Shown: piece by piece, positions 56,850-64,000 of the stretch
How positions within the stretch are numbered: the stretch's first letter is position 1
Layout: every line of letters begins with the position of its first letter
Assembly (NCBI GenBank): GCA_947459875.1
Contig: CANHFG010000003.1
Location: 162-64,161 of the forward strand
Source of the DNA: Ignavibacteria bacterium
GTDB taxonomy: Bacteria; Bacteroidota; Ignavibacteria; Kapaibacteriales; Kapaibacteriaceae
DNA length: 64,000 nt
Direction of reading: 5' to 3'
Notes under the pieces: model-generated
What the model was told of the DNA's origin: nothing
The model's input: the letters and a program-made list of their open reading frames with translations, nothing else
The model's database searches: none
Program-made: the position numbers and the translations under genes

Positions 56850-57686
56850 TTACTTCAGCGACTTGATGATATCCTGTGCCGCGTTCTCGTAATCGGAATC
56901 ACCACCAGCGGCCTTTGCGATCTCGATCGTCTGATTGGCGGCTTCACGGGCAACGTCCTTCCGACCGAGCTTTGCTGCAATGCGGGCCTTCATGAGTGCG
57001 GTCCAGTATGCCTTTGGATTCCGCTCCAGAGCCTTGCCGGCGTACTCAAGTGCCTTATCGAGATTCTGTCCCGTCTCAAACAGATACGTCGCTGCCTGCT
57101 GGTACGGGATGCTTGGATTGCTGATCGCCTTTTCGATCGAGCTCAGCAGGCGGGCCTGGTTATCAGCCTTGACCGGGATGGATATCTGTGTGTTCTCCCA
57201 CATGATGTCGATGGAACATGTCGAAAACGTGATGTTCCCGATATCGATGGAGAATGTCTCAACGGTGCCCGATGTCTTCGATGCCGGCACGCTGAAACGC
57301 ACGATATCATCGACCTTGGGAAACTCCTCACCTGGCCAGCTTCCGGTGTTCTTGTTGATCACAACAACGAATTCCTTTTCGCCAGGGATCGTATAGAGCG
57401 AGTACGAGCCGGGCTTGACGGTGGCTCCGCCGATCTGTACTTCCTCACCGAAGGTGACCTTTGTGGCGGCGTTGGCACCGGTGCGCCATACTTGGCCATA
57501 CGGGACAAGGTCGCCAAAGACCTTCCGGCCGCGCATCGACGGACGGCTGTAGGCGATCTCGATCTTTGTGGTTGAGAAGTCTTGCGCCACCGTTGAAAGG
57601 GGGCTCAGCGAAGGAAGCTTAAGCTCCTGAGCAAATGCAGATGTGCAAAGCACAAGAACGCTGAGCAGCTGGATGAAAATTTTCAT
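56850..57686 (-). CDS. DUF2911-like secreted protein with a TPR-like C-terminus
   Basis: MKIFIQLLSVLVLCTSAFAQ looks like a signal peptide. ..YSRPSMRGRKVFGDLVPYGQVWRTGANAATKVTF... is the typical DUF2911 core. Confidence 0.7.
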   Translation of the reverse strand: MKIFIQLLSVLVLCTSAFAQELKLPSLSPLSTVAQDFSTTKIEIAYSRPSMRGRKVFGDLVPYGQVWRTGANAATKVTFGEEVQIGGATVKPGSYSLYTIPGEKEFVVVINKNTGSWPGEEFPKVDDIVRFSVPASKTSGTVETFSIDIGNITFSTCSIDIMWENTQISIPVKADNQARLLSSIEKAISNPSIPYQQAATYLFETGQNLDKALEYAGKALERNPKAYWTALMKARIAAKLGRKDVAREAANQTIEIAKAAGGDSDYENAAQDIIKSLK

Positions 57687-57741
57687 GATGAGTTCCTGAA
57701 TGAAGTTGTTCCAGAAAAATTCCGTTTCGTATCAATCTCTC

Positions 57742-57846
57742 GTACCCAGTACCCAGTACCCAGTACCCAGTACCTAGTACCCAGTACCCAGTACCCAGTA
57801 CCCAGTACCCAGTACCCAGTACCTAGTACCCAGTACCCAGTACTCT
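57742..57846. repeat. ~14.5 tandem heptamers GTACCCA (sense strand TGGGTAC), with two GTACCTA variants
   Basis: I counted unit by unit. Units 5 (57770-57776) and 12 (57819-57825) carry the C-to-T variant. The array overlaps the 3' end of the gmhA-like ORF. Confidence 0.95.
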
Positions 57847-58419
57847 GGCCTCGATCATCTCACACCACACATGTCCGATCAGAATATGGCACTCCTGAAT
57901 GCGGGCCGTGACAGCAGACGGGACGATTACTGAGTGATTGCAGAGCTTTGCCAAAACGCCGCCGGTTCCCCCGAGCAGGCCGATGGTGCGAACACCTCGT
58001 TGGCGGGCTTCTTCCACAGCCATGACAACATTCCGGGAGGTACCGCTCGTGGAGATTGCAATCAGTACGTCACCCGATGTGCCAAAAGCTTCTACCTGAC
58101 GGCTGAAGACCCGGTCGAACCCGTAGTCATTGCCGCCTGCCGTGAGTATGCTGCTGTCGGTTGAAAGGGCAAGCGCTTTGATAGCACGGCGATTGACATC
58201 GCTCTTGAGCCGGACCACCAGCTCAGCAGCGATATGCTGACTATCGGCCGCACTGCCGCCGTTACCGCAGAGCATGATCAGGCCGTTGCTCATAGCGCAG
58301 TCGGCCAAAAGCTGACCGCACGTATGGATTGCATCCAAGTGCTGCTCCAACAAGCGCGTCTTGGTATCGATGGACTCGCGTAGAATGCCCTCGATCATGT
58401 CGTTAGTCATTGCTGCCAT
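57823..58419 (-). CDS. gmhA: SIS-domain phosphoheptose isomerase
   Basis: ...LIMLCGNGGSAADSQHIAAELV... and ..DVLIAISTSGTSRNV.. are GmhA/DiaA-type motifs. The last 6 codons (VLGTGY) and the TAG stop are encoded by the heptamer array. Confidence 0.75.
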   Translation of the reverse strand: MAAMTNDMIEGILRESIDTKTRLLEQHLDAIHTCGQLLADCAMSNGLIMLCGNGGSAADSQHIAAELVVRLKSDVNRRAIKALALSTDSSILTAGGNDYGFDRVFSRQVEAFGTSGDVLIAISTSGTSRNVVMAVEEARQRGVRTIGLLGGTGGVLAKLCNHSVIVPSAVTARIQECHILIGHVWCEMIEARVLGTGY

Positions 58420-58491
58420 TCAACGAAATTACGCCCCTTTTGCCAATCGCTAAGACGATGATCGACGATGATATCACCCTCCGGATGCATG

Positions 58492-59460
58492 CTACGGTAG
58501 CTTCAGTGTGCTGAGTGCTGCCCGAAAACGTGGTCTGTAGATCAACCATTCCGGCGAACCGCATTCGAGCGTCAGAACGAGCAACTCATCCTGCTTAGCA
58601 AGGAAGCACTGAATGGCCGTACGGGGCTTGGGATCGGACTTCAGCTGGAGCTCCACGGTTCGTGTATACCCCGACCATGCACCGATCTTCATGGATGTAC
58701 TATCCGTTACATTCCACATCGCAAGGGGCAATTGCGCGGTCTGCTTGGCATCGATCTCGGTCCAGAACTTGACAATCGACTCGGCATTGTTCTCTTTGAA
58801 GTCCAAGCGGAATGTCTCGCCGATCTGTCGCATCCAGCTAAACACAGCACCTGCCGAGAAGGCATCGGTGCCGCCGGTAAGATCTTCCAGGGTGACGAAC
58901 GCACTTACGTTGCCTGTCGAGTCGTTGATACTCACATCACGGTGCCATGATTTCGGCAGCGTGATACTCATACCGTCAACGATCAGAAACGTGCTGTCAC
59001 GCAACCCCATCGCATCCTGCGAAAAGCTGGCGAGTATCCCGTTCAACCCCGACGAAGCACATGTTGCCGGTTCCATTCGGCACAGCTCCTTCATCGGCTC
59101 GATAGACTCCAGATACTGCCCCTTACGGTAATTGCCAATCGCCGATAGGTACCATCCATGTCTTTCCGTCGGTACGATCTTGATCAGTCGAGCGCCGGCA
59201 CGGACCATGAGATCGTAATCGCTCACCTCACGGGCCGAATACCCCACGACGCGCCATACATCACGGCTTGCATCGTTGATCTCCAGGGCCTTGAGGCCCC
59301 ACTCGATGGCGCGTTTAAAGTCCTTTGCGTTGTATGCTCGTACCGCGGAGTCTGCCTCAAGGAAACTTCCGCCCTGCGCGGATGCAGCTGACGAAGGCAT
59401 GGTCAGGACGATGAGAGCATGACAGATCAAGGAGCATAATGCTGCGCTGAGGAGATACAT
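58492..59460 (-). CDS. Hypothetical secreted protein, paralog of 59605..60555
   Basis: ATG 59460 gives MYLLSAALCSLICHALIVLTMPSSAASAQ. Shared motifs with the paralog are AYNAKDF, ER.GWYL, PATCASS and LPKSWH. Confidence 0.6.
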   Translation of the reverse strand: MYLLSAALCSLICHALIVLTMPSSAASAQGGSFLEADSAVRAYNAKDFKRAIEWGLKALEINDASRDVWRVVGYSAREVSDYDLMVRAGARLIKIVPTERHGWYLSAIGNYRKGQYLESIEPMKELCRMEPATCASSGLNGILASFSQDAMGLRDSTFLIVDGMSITLPKSWHRDVSINDSTGNVSAFVTLEDLTGGTDAFSAGAVFSWMRQIGETFRLDFKENNAESIVKFWTEIDAKQTAQLPLAMWNVTDSTSMKIGAWSGYTRTVELQLKSDPKPRTAIQCFLAKQDELLVLTLECGSPEWLIYRPRFRAALSTLKLP

Positions 59461-59604
59461 CGGTAGCTCGGCAATGGTGCGTGGGTGCGGTTTCGACAAT
59501 GACCGGAGCTCCGCGGCAGGATTACGAAAAATTACCCCATATCCAGTCGTCACGAATATCGCTCTAAACAGGCACGAAATCTTGGCTATAAGTGAGATCC
59601 CGCG

Positions 59605-60555
59605 CTACTTCGGCAGGATCATCGATGCGATCGCCTTTCGGAACCGCGGTTCATAGACGCTCCAGCGCGGGAAATCGCACTCAAACGTGTACGTGAACAC
59701 TTCGTCCTTTCGCGCCAGGATGGCCTCGATGCGGCGCTGCACGGGATACTCGGGCTTAAACTGAAAATCGAGCGTTCGGACAAAGCCCGCCCACGCACCG
59801 CTGCTGACGGGCAGACTGTCTACCAATACGCGGCGGTGCGGTGTGAATCCCTTCATCTGGGCTGCGATGAATTGATCCCAGAAGTCAACAAGGAAGGGGG
59901 CGTTGTTGTTCTTTTCCTCGATCACAAACGAACCCGTCATTGCACGCACCCAGCGAAGTGTGGTGCCAACGGAAAACGCATCCGAGTCGCTCTTAACCGG
60001 TTCGAGTGTCACAAACCAATTCATCGTCCTGCCATCATCGCGCACCGTGCTGTGCCAGGATTTGGGCAGCGTCAACTTCACAGACCCATCGGGTGTCTTG
60101 AATGTGCTATCCAGAGCACCCAGCGAATCCTGAGAGATCTGCTTGAGGATGAGTCCGATGTTCGACGAAGCACACGTTGCCGGATCGATCTTGCACAGCT
60201 CCCGCATGGGCGGCAGCGCAAGGTCGAGTTGCTCCTGACGATAGTAGCCGATGAACTGCAGATACCAGCCAGTACGCTCATTGGGAACGATCTGCGAAAG
60301 CCTGCTGCCGGCTAACACCACCGTAGGAAAATCATTGAGTGACTGTGCCGAAAAGCCCAGGACTTCCCATGCTTCTCGGAGGTTACCGTTGATCTGTGTG
60401 GCTTTCAGGGCCCACTGCTTTGCCGTTGAGAAGTCTTTGGCATTGTAGGCAACGATCGCCGAATCAATCTCCGACGGACGAATGGGAGTCGTCTGCTGGG
60501 CCAATGCAGTTGCGCTGGCGAGCATCAACACAAGAAGAAACAGGGGGCTTTTCAT
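59605..60555 (-). CDS. Hypothetical secreted protein, paralog of 58492..59460
   Basis: ATG 60555 gives MKSPLFLLVLMLASATALAQQ. It carries the same motif series as the neighbouring gene. Confidence 0.6.
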   Translation of the reverse strand: MKSPLFLLVLMLASATALAQQTTPIRPSEIDSAIVAYNAKDFSTAKQWALKATQINGNLREAWEVLGFSAQSLNDFPTVVLAGSRLSQIVPNERTGWYLQFIGYYRQEQLDLALPPMRELCKIDPATCASSNIGLILKQISQDSLGALDSTFKTPDGSVKLTLPKSWHSTVRDDGRTMNWFVTLEPVKSDSDAFSVGTTLRWVRAMTGSFVIEEKNNNAPFLVDFWDQFIAAQMKGFTPHRRVLVDSLPVSSGAWAGFVRTLDFQFKPEYPVQRRIEAILARKDEVFTYTFECDFPRWSVYEPRFRKAIASMILPK

Positions 60556-60718
60556 GACCGCGTCAGCATTGATTTGGTTGCGTAGATAGGATGAATGGTG
60601 CAAAATAGTAAGCCCCCTGCGGTGATTCAGACATCGCGCACTGATGAAAAGTTGCTATTCTTGGGCCAGCGTATGAATCTGCATACGTGATTTTGTAACT
60701 GTTTTACGGAGAGGAAGA

Positions 60719-60892
60719 ATGTCCAAGCAAGAACTCTATGATGAAATGGTGCGTCTTTGGGGCGAGTTCAGCACCGCGCATAACTCGAAGTTCAAGAAAG
60801 ATGCTGCGGCCGCCCGCAAGGCTGCCAGCGCCCTGAAGAAACTCGTGACGCCTTACAACCAGGCTTCTATTGCCGAAGGCAAGGCCAAGTAA
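60719..60892 (+). CDS. 57-aa histone-H1-like/Hc1-like basic nucleoid protein
   Basis: My own translation is MSKQELYDEMVRLWGEFSTAHNSKFKKDAAAARKAASALKKLVTPYNQASIAEGKAK. A GGAGAGGA Shine-Dalgarno lies upstream. It is below the track length cutoff. It resembles the small Lys/Ala-rich histone-H1-like proteins annotated in Bacteroidetes. Confidence 0.6.
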   Translation: MSKQELYDEMVRLWGEFSTAHNSKFKKDAAAARKAASALKKLVTPYNQASIAEGKAK

Positions 60893-60952
60893 GAGGAAGT
60901 ATCTGACTTTCCCGCCGTCGAGTTCTTCGTCGGTTCCGATATGACTATACAA

Positions 60953-60995
60953 ACGGCGACGTTGGGCCTTTGCCCGACGTCGCCGTACTTCTTTC
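60953..60995. terminator. Strong hairpin between convergent genes (bidirectional terminator candidate)
   Basis: ACGGCGACGTTGGGC-cttt-GCCCGACGTCGCCGT forms a 15-bp stem with one G-T pair and is followed by ACTTCTTTCTG. Confidence 0.6.
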
Positions 60996-61033
60996 TGAGG
61001 GTTTGTCTGATCTGTTGTGTTGGCTTCAGCCAC

Positions 61034-62836
61034 CTAGCGGCAAAACTGCTCAACGGATTGCCGGGCCCGGGCATCTCCCATTGAAGCGGCGCGCTGCCAG
61101 TCTGAGCAGGCCGCGTTCATCTGCCCAGTTTCCTTATGGGCCAAACCTCGATAATAGAATGCCTGGGAGCTCCCGGGGTCGATCTCAATGGCACGGGTAA
61201 ATGACGTGACGGCAGCTGGCCACTGACCTATTCGAGCCTGCGCGACACCGAGATTGATCGTCGCATCGAAGTTGTCGGGGAATCGGCTGACCTCTCGCGC
61301 ATACCAGCTTGCCGCGCTATCGTATCTATCCATGCCGGCATAAATGTTACCGATCAGGAGAGCGCTCATCGGTATCGAGGGGTCAATGTCCTGCCCCCTG
61401 CGCAGTAGGGCCAGCGCCGAGTCCACCTGACCAAGGTCGATGAGCGTCTTGCCGTAAATGATGTAGGGGGCAACGAATTCAGGATGTCGAGTGATGGCTT
61501 CCTTGTAGTCGGCCACAGCACCATCAACGTCGTTTCCGGCCTGTTTGGTCTGTCCACGATTGAACCAGGCCATACTTGAATGCGGGTTCGCGGCCACAGC
61601 CTCATCATAGAAACTCATGGCATCGCGGTACGCCCCTGCATGCATGTAGGCAAGCACGGCGTAGGCTGACACTACTGCGGTTGCTACCGGCACGCGGACG
61701 CGCGAAGGAAGGTACTGACGAATGACGCCGAGCCCACCCGCGATCAGGACGAACAGTCCAACAGACGACGCGTAGCCACGATGCTCGAGGTAGTCATAGG
61801 CGGCGGAACCGAAACGGTGCGTGTACATGGCGCCGGGCAGCATGAAGAGAACATACCAGGCCAGACCGACCAGGGCCATGATACCGGGTCGCTCGGTGTT
61901 CGACCGAAGGTGAGCAGCAACAAGCACGACAAGCAGCACGAGACCGAGAACAGTTGCCAGAATTGTGTACCCCGCAAGCGGCTGCAGAAGCGTCGGCACA
62001 AACAGCTTGGCGACGATCTCAGGGAAAACCGGGAGATTTCCGAAGAGGTTCAGGACGTTGAAACTATTCCACTCCGGTGGGTTGGTCAGCACCATGCGCA
62101 TCAGCACAATGAGTAACCCCGCGGCCACGGCGGTGATCGCTGCAACGATGCCAATGCGCTTGATCACGTCTCGACCGCGCCCCTGCGTAAGTAGCAGCAA
62201 GCCCGGCAATACAGCAACCAGAATTGCGCCGGCTTCTTTCGAGAAGACGGCAAGGAAGACCGAGGCGGACATTCCGGCCAGCGCCGCCATCGTTCCGGTC
62301 TGCACAAATCGACGTGCCGTCAGCACGGCAAGAAGTGTGAACACGGCAAGCAGCAGGTCGCCCCTTCCCGGAACCCAGCAGATAGCATGCACAAACAGCG
62401 GATTGACCGCAAAGAATGCTGCGGCAGAAAAGCTCACCCCATCACGTGCGGTCATCTCCGAGAGCAGCCGGAACATCAGACACGAGGCAAGGGCGTGCAG
62501 AAGAATGTTCGTGATGAAGAAGACAGGGGGCTTACCACGCCCGATCCGTGCGTCGATGTAATAGGAGAGATTCTGCACGGGCCGGTAAAAGTTCTGTCCC
62601 GGCTTGCGGAAAAATGCGTCGCGCTGCATAACGTCAGCAACGGTCGCCGTTGTTGTCAGATACGCAAGGTTCGGGCCTAGGATCGACTCCTCGTCGAACT
62701 TGTCAATGGTAAATCCTGTCGAGCGCCCGAAGATCAGCGCCGAGGCCAGAATGAGAATGACATATGCCAGCGGGCCGGAGTAGAGTCCGACCACACCCGC
62801 ACTCTGCTTCGTGCGATCACGTGCTGTTTTCCCCAT
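61034..62836 (-). CDS. TMTC-like membrane glycosyltransferase (GT39/PMT-like, DUF1736-type N-terminus) fused to C-terminal TPR repeats
   Basis: 600 aa. The N-terminal ~400 aa are polytopic (..FYRPVQNLSYYID..NILLHALASCLMF..). The C-terminus carries TPR repeats (AWFNRGQ.., AQARIGQWPAAVTSFTRAIEIDP.., FYYRGLAH..). Confidence 0.7.
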   Translation of the reverse strand: MGKTARDRTKQSAGVVGLYSGPLAYVILILASALIFGRSTGFTIDKFDEESILGPNLAYLTTTATVADVMQRDAFFRKPGQNFYRPVQNLSYYIDARIGRGKPPVFFITNILLHALASCLMFRLLSEMTARDGVSFSAAAFFAVNPLFVHAICWVPGRGDLLLAVFTLLAVLTARRFVQTGTMAALAGMSASVFLAVFSKEAGAILVAVLPGLLLLTQGRGRDVIKRIGIVAAITAVAAGLLIVLMRMVLTNPPEWNSFNVLNLFGNLPVFPEIVAKLFVPTLLQPLAGYTILATVLGLVLLVVLVAAHLRSNTERPGIMALVGLAWYVLFMLPGAMYTHRFGSAAYDYLEHRGYASSVGLFVLIAGGLGVIRQYLPSRVRVPVATAVVSAYAVLAYMHAGAYRDAMSFYDEAVAANPHSSMAWFNRGQTKQAGNDVDGAVADYKEAITRHPEFVAPYIIYGKTLIDLGQVDSALALLRRGQDIDPSIPMSALLIGNIYAGMDRYDSAASWYAREVSRFPDNFDATINLGVAQARIGQWPAAVTSFTRAIEIDPGSSQAFYYRGLAHKETGQMNAACSDWQRAASMGDARARQSVEQFCR

Positions 62837-63030
62837 GTGGCAAAGTTCGCAAAGATTGGGGTGCGTTATTGAATCAACCTTGACCGCGCTGTGAACGTAT
62901 CTTCAGAGATCGAACGATCCCTGTGGCACCTGACCAACCATTGTTCATTTTCGCGCACGCCGGCAAGCATTGGCGCTTCTGGACTTCATCGAGTTCCGCC
63001 GCAGAACACTCTCACATCCACCCATCCGAA

Positions 63031-64000
63031 ATGATCAATTCGCTTTCACTGACGTTCCTACTGGCTCTGCAGATTTCCGCATCTCTCGCCAGTCAATCGC
63101 CTGATCTCGACGGGGCTCGGATCGGGAATCATTCCGATACCACAAGAACGTTGGTTCTGCCCCCTGTCATGGTAACCGCAGGCCTTACACAATTGAAACC
63201 AGCCCTGGCCCCCTTCAGCATTGCGGTTATCGAAGCATCGGACATCAAACAACTGCCGATACGCGCTGTCAGCGATGCACTGGCGTACGTGCAAGGCGTG
63301 GATCTTCGGCGCAGGGGTCCGCTGGGAGTCCAGTCGGACGTGACAATTCGTGGAGGCACCTTTGAACAGACGGCGATCATGATCGAGGGGATGCGGCTCA
63401 ATGATGTTCAGACAGGACACAATACATTTAGTGTTCCGCTTCTGCCGTCAGACATAGAGCGCATCGAGGTGGTGAAAGGCGGCGCGGCGCGGGCACTCGG
63501 CGCGGGTGCCATGGACGGGGCCGTGAATATCATTCTGCGACAACCAGGTTCCGATCCAACGATCAGTCTGGGACTGATGGGCGGAGATGCTACCTATCAG
63601 GAAGGACGGCTCAGTGCGTCGGCAGCAACCGGCAACATTGTTCATCGCCTAAGTGCCCAGGCATTGCGCCACAGCGGGTGGATACCGTCATCGGATGTAG
63701 AGCTTCAATCCATTCTTTACACCGCGTCAACACAGCTCGATGATGGCAAGGCACAGGTTCTGGTTGGTGCCACCAACAAAGCGTTCGGTGCCAACGGATT
63801 TTATTCTCCGCGCTTTCCCGAGCAATGGGAGCACATTACGACGATCATCGCCGGTGGTGCGTTAGAGAAGACCGTGGCCGCTGATGTTGACTTTAAACTT
63901 CGTGGTCTGGCTCGTATGAACGACGATGAGTTTCGTCTTAAGCGCAACGACCCCGCATTCTATACCAACAGGCATCGTACAGAACAGTATCTGTTGCAGG
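63031..64000 (+). CDS. TonB-dependent receptor, N-terminal part (plug domain); continues beyond the right edge
   Basis: My own translation starts MINSLSLTFLLALQISASLASQ (signal peptide). It continues ..VMVTA..IEASDIKQLPIRAVSDALAYVQGVDLRRRG...VTIRGGTFEQTAIMIEGMRLND...IERIEVVKGGAARALGAGAMDGAVNII, which is the plug pattern. It is missing from the track because no stop lies in the window. Confidence 0.85.
   Translation, partial: MINSLSLTFLLALQISASLASQSPDLDGARIGNHSDTTRTLVLPPVMVTAGLTQLKPALAPFSIAVIEASDIKQLPIRAVSDALAYVQGVDLRRRGPLGVQSDVTIRGGTFEQTAIMIEGMRLNDVQTGHNTFSVPLLPSDIERIEVVKGGAARALGAGAMDGAVNIILRQPGSDPTISLGLMGGDATYQEGRLSASAATGNIVHRLSAQALRHSGWIPSSDVELQSILYTASTQLDDGKAQVLVGATNKAFGANGFYSPRFPEQWEHITTIIAGGALEKTVAADVDFKLRGLARMNDDEFRLKRNDPAFYTNRHRTEQYLLQ

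Noticed and set aside
60704-61033. A 109-aa minus-strand ORF is listed in the track.
   Set aside because: It overlaps the plus-strand 57-aa histone-H1-like ORF, which has a Shine-Dalgarno and a terminator hairpin. The minus-strand translation has no features, and it would run through the terminator stem.
62837-63030. I looked for a TPP or cobalamin riboswitch upstream of the TonB-dependent receptor, because GGGGTGC ... CAGAGA ... CCC ... ACCTGA appear in the TPP-like order.
   Set aside because: The invariant CUGAGA is CAGAGA here. The 3' half of the THI element (..UGGAUAAUGCCAGCGUAGGGA-like) is absent. I saw no B12 box either. The similarity is too partial to call without a covariance-model search (Rfam RF00059/RF00174 would settle it).

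Overview
This 64-kb window comes from a moderately GC-rich bacterium. It probably belongs to the FCB group (Bacteroidota/Chlorobiota/Ignavibacteriota-like). That placement is inference only, based on many T9SS-type C-terminal sorting domains (CTDs), a Bacteroidetes-style histone-H1-like micro-gene and many starts without a Shine-Dalgarno. Contents: (i) nt 1-16.8k is an accessory surface-fibre locus. It holds two tandem giant repetitive genes (one of 4127 aa, one running off the left edge) built from phage-tail-fibre-like modules, a small CTD-only protein, and a gene that fuses CTD, tail-fibre and tail-collar modules and carries an in-frame TAG. (ii) A housekeeping block follows: queC-frr-pyrH-tsf-rpsB-rpsI-rplM, a Memo-like gene, a gamma-CA-like gene, a CCA-adding enzyme and a split transketolase. 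(iii) Two paralogous large T9SS cargo proteins plus another CTD-only stub. (iv) Mixed metabolism and envelope genes: Cys/Met PLP enzyme, PaaN-like ALDH, OM barrel, alanine dehydrogenase, Rieske plus cytochrome-b-like pair, DegT aminotransferase, class II photolyase, EamA, tRNA-Thr, desaturase, SDR, SBBP/Ig cargo, SSS symporter, PIG-L deacetylase, DUF2911-like, GmhA, TMTC-like GT39/TPR and a TonB receptor. The most unusual signal is non-coding. Five intergenic tracts consist of 7-8-nt short tandem repeats (AAACCTG/AAACCTC/ACACCYC, GAATTACG, TGGGTAC, TGAC-based units). The AAACCTS and GAATTACG tracts share heads or junctions and keep a constant orientation relative to transcription. One tract fills the whole spacer between the transketolase halves, and one supplies a stop codon. 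All functional calls rest on motif recognition by eye; no database search or folding was possible.
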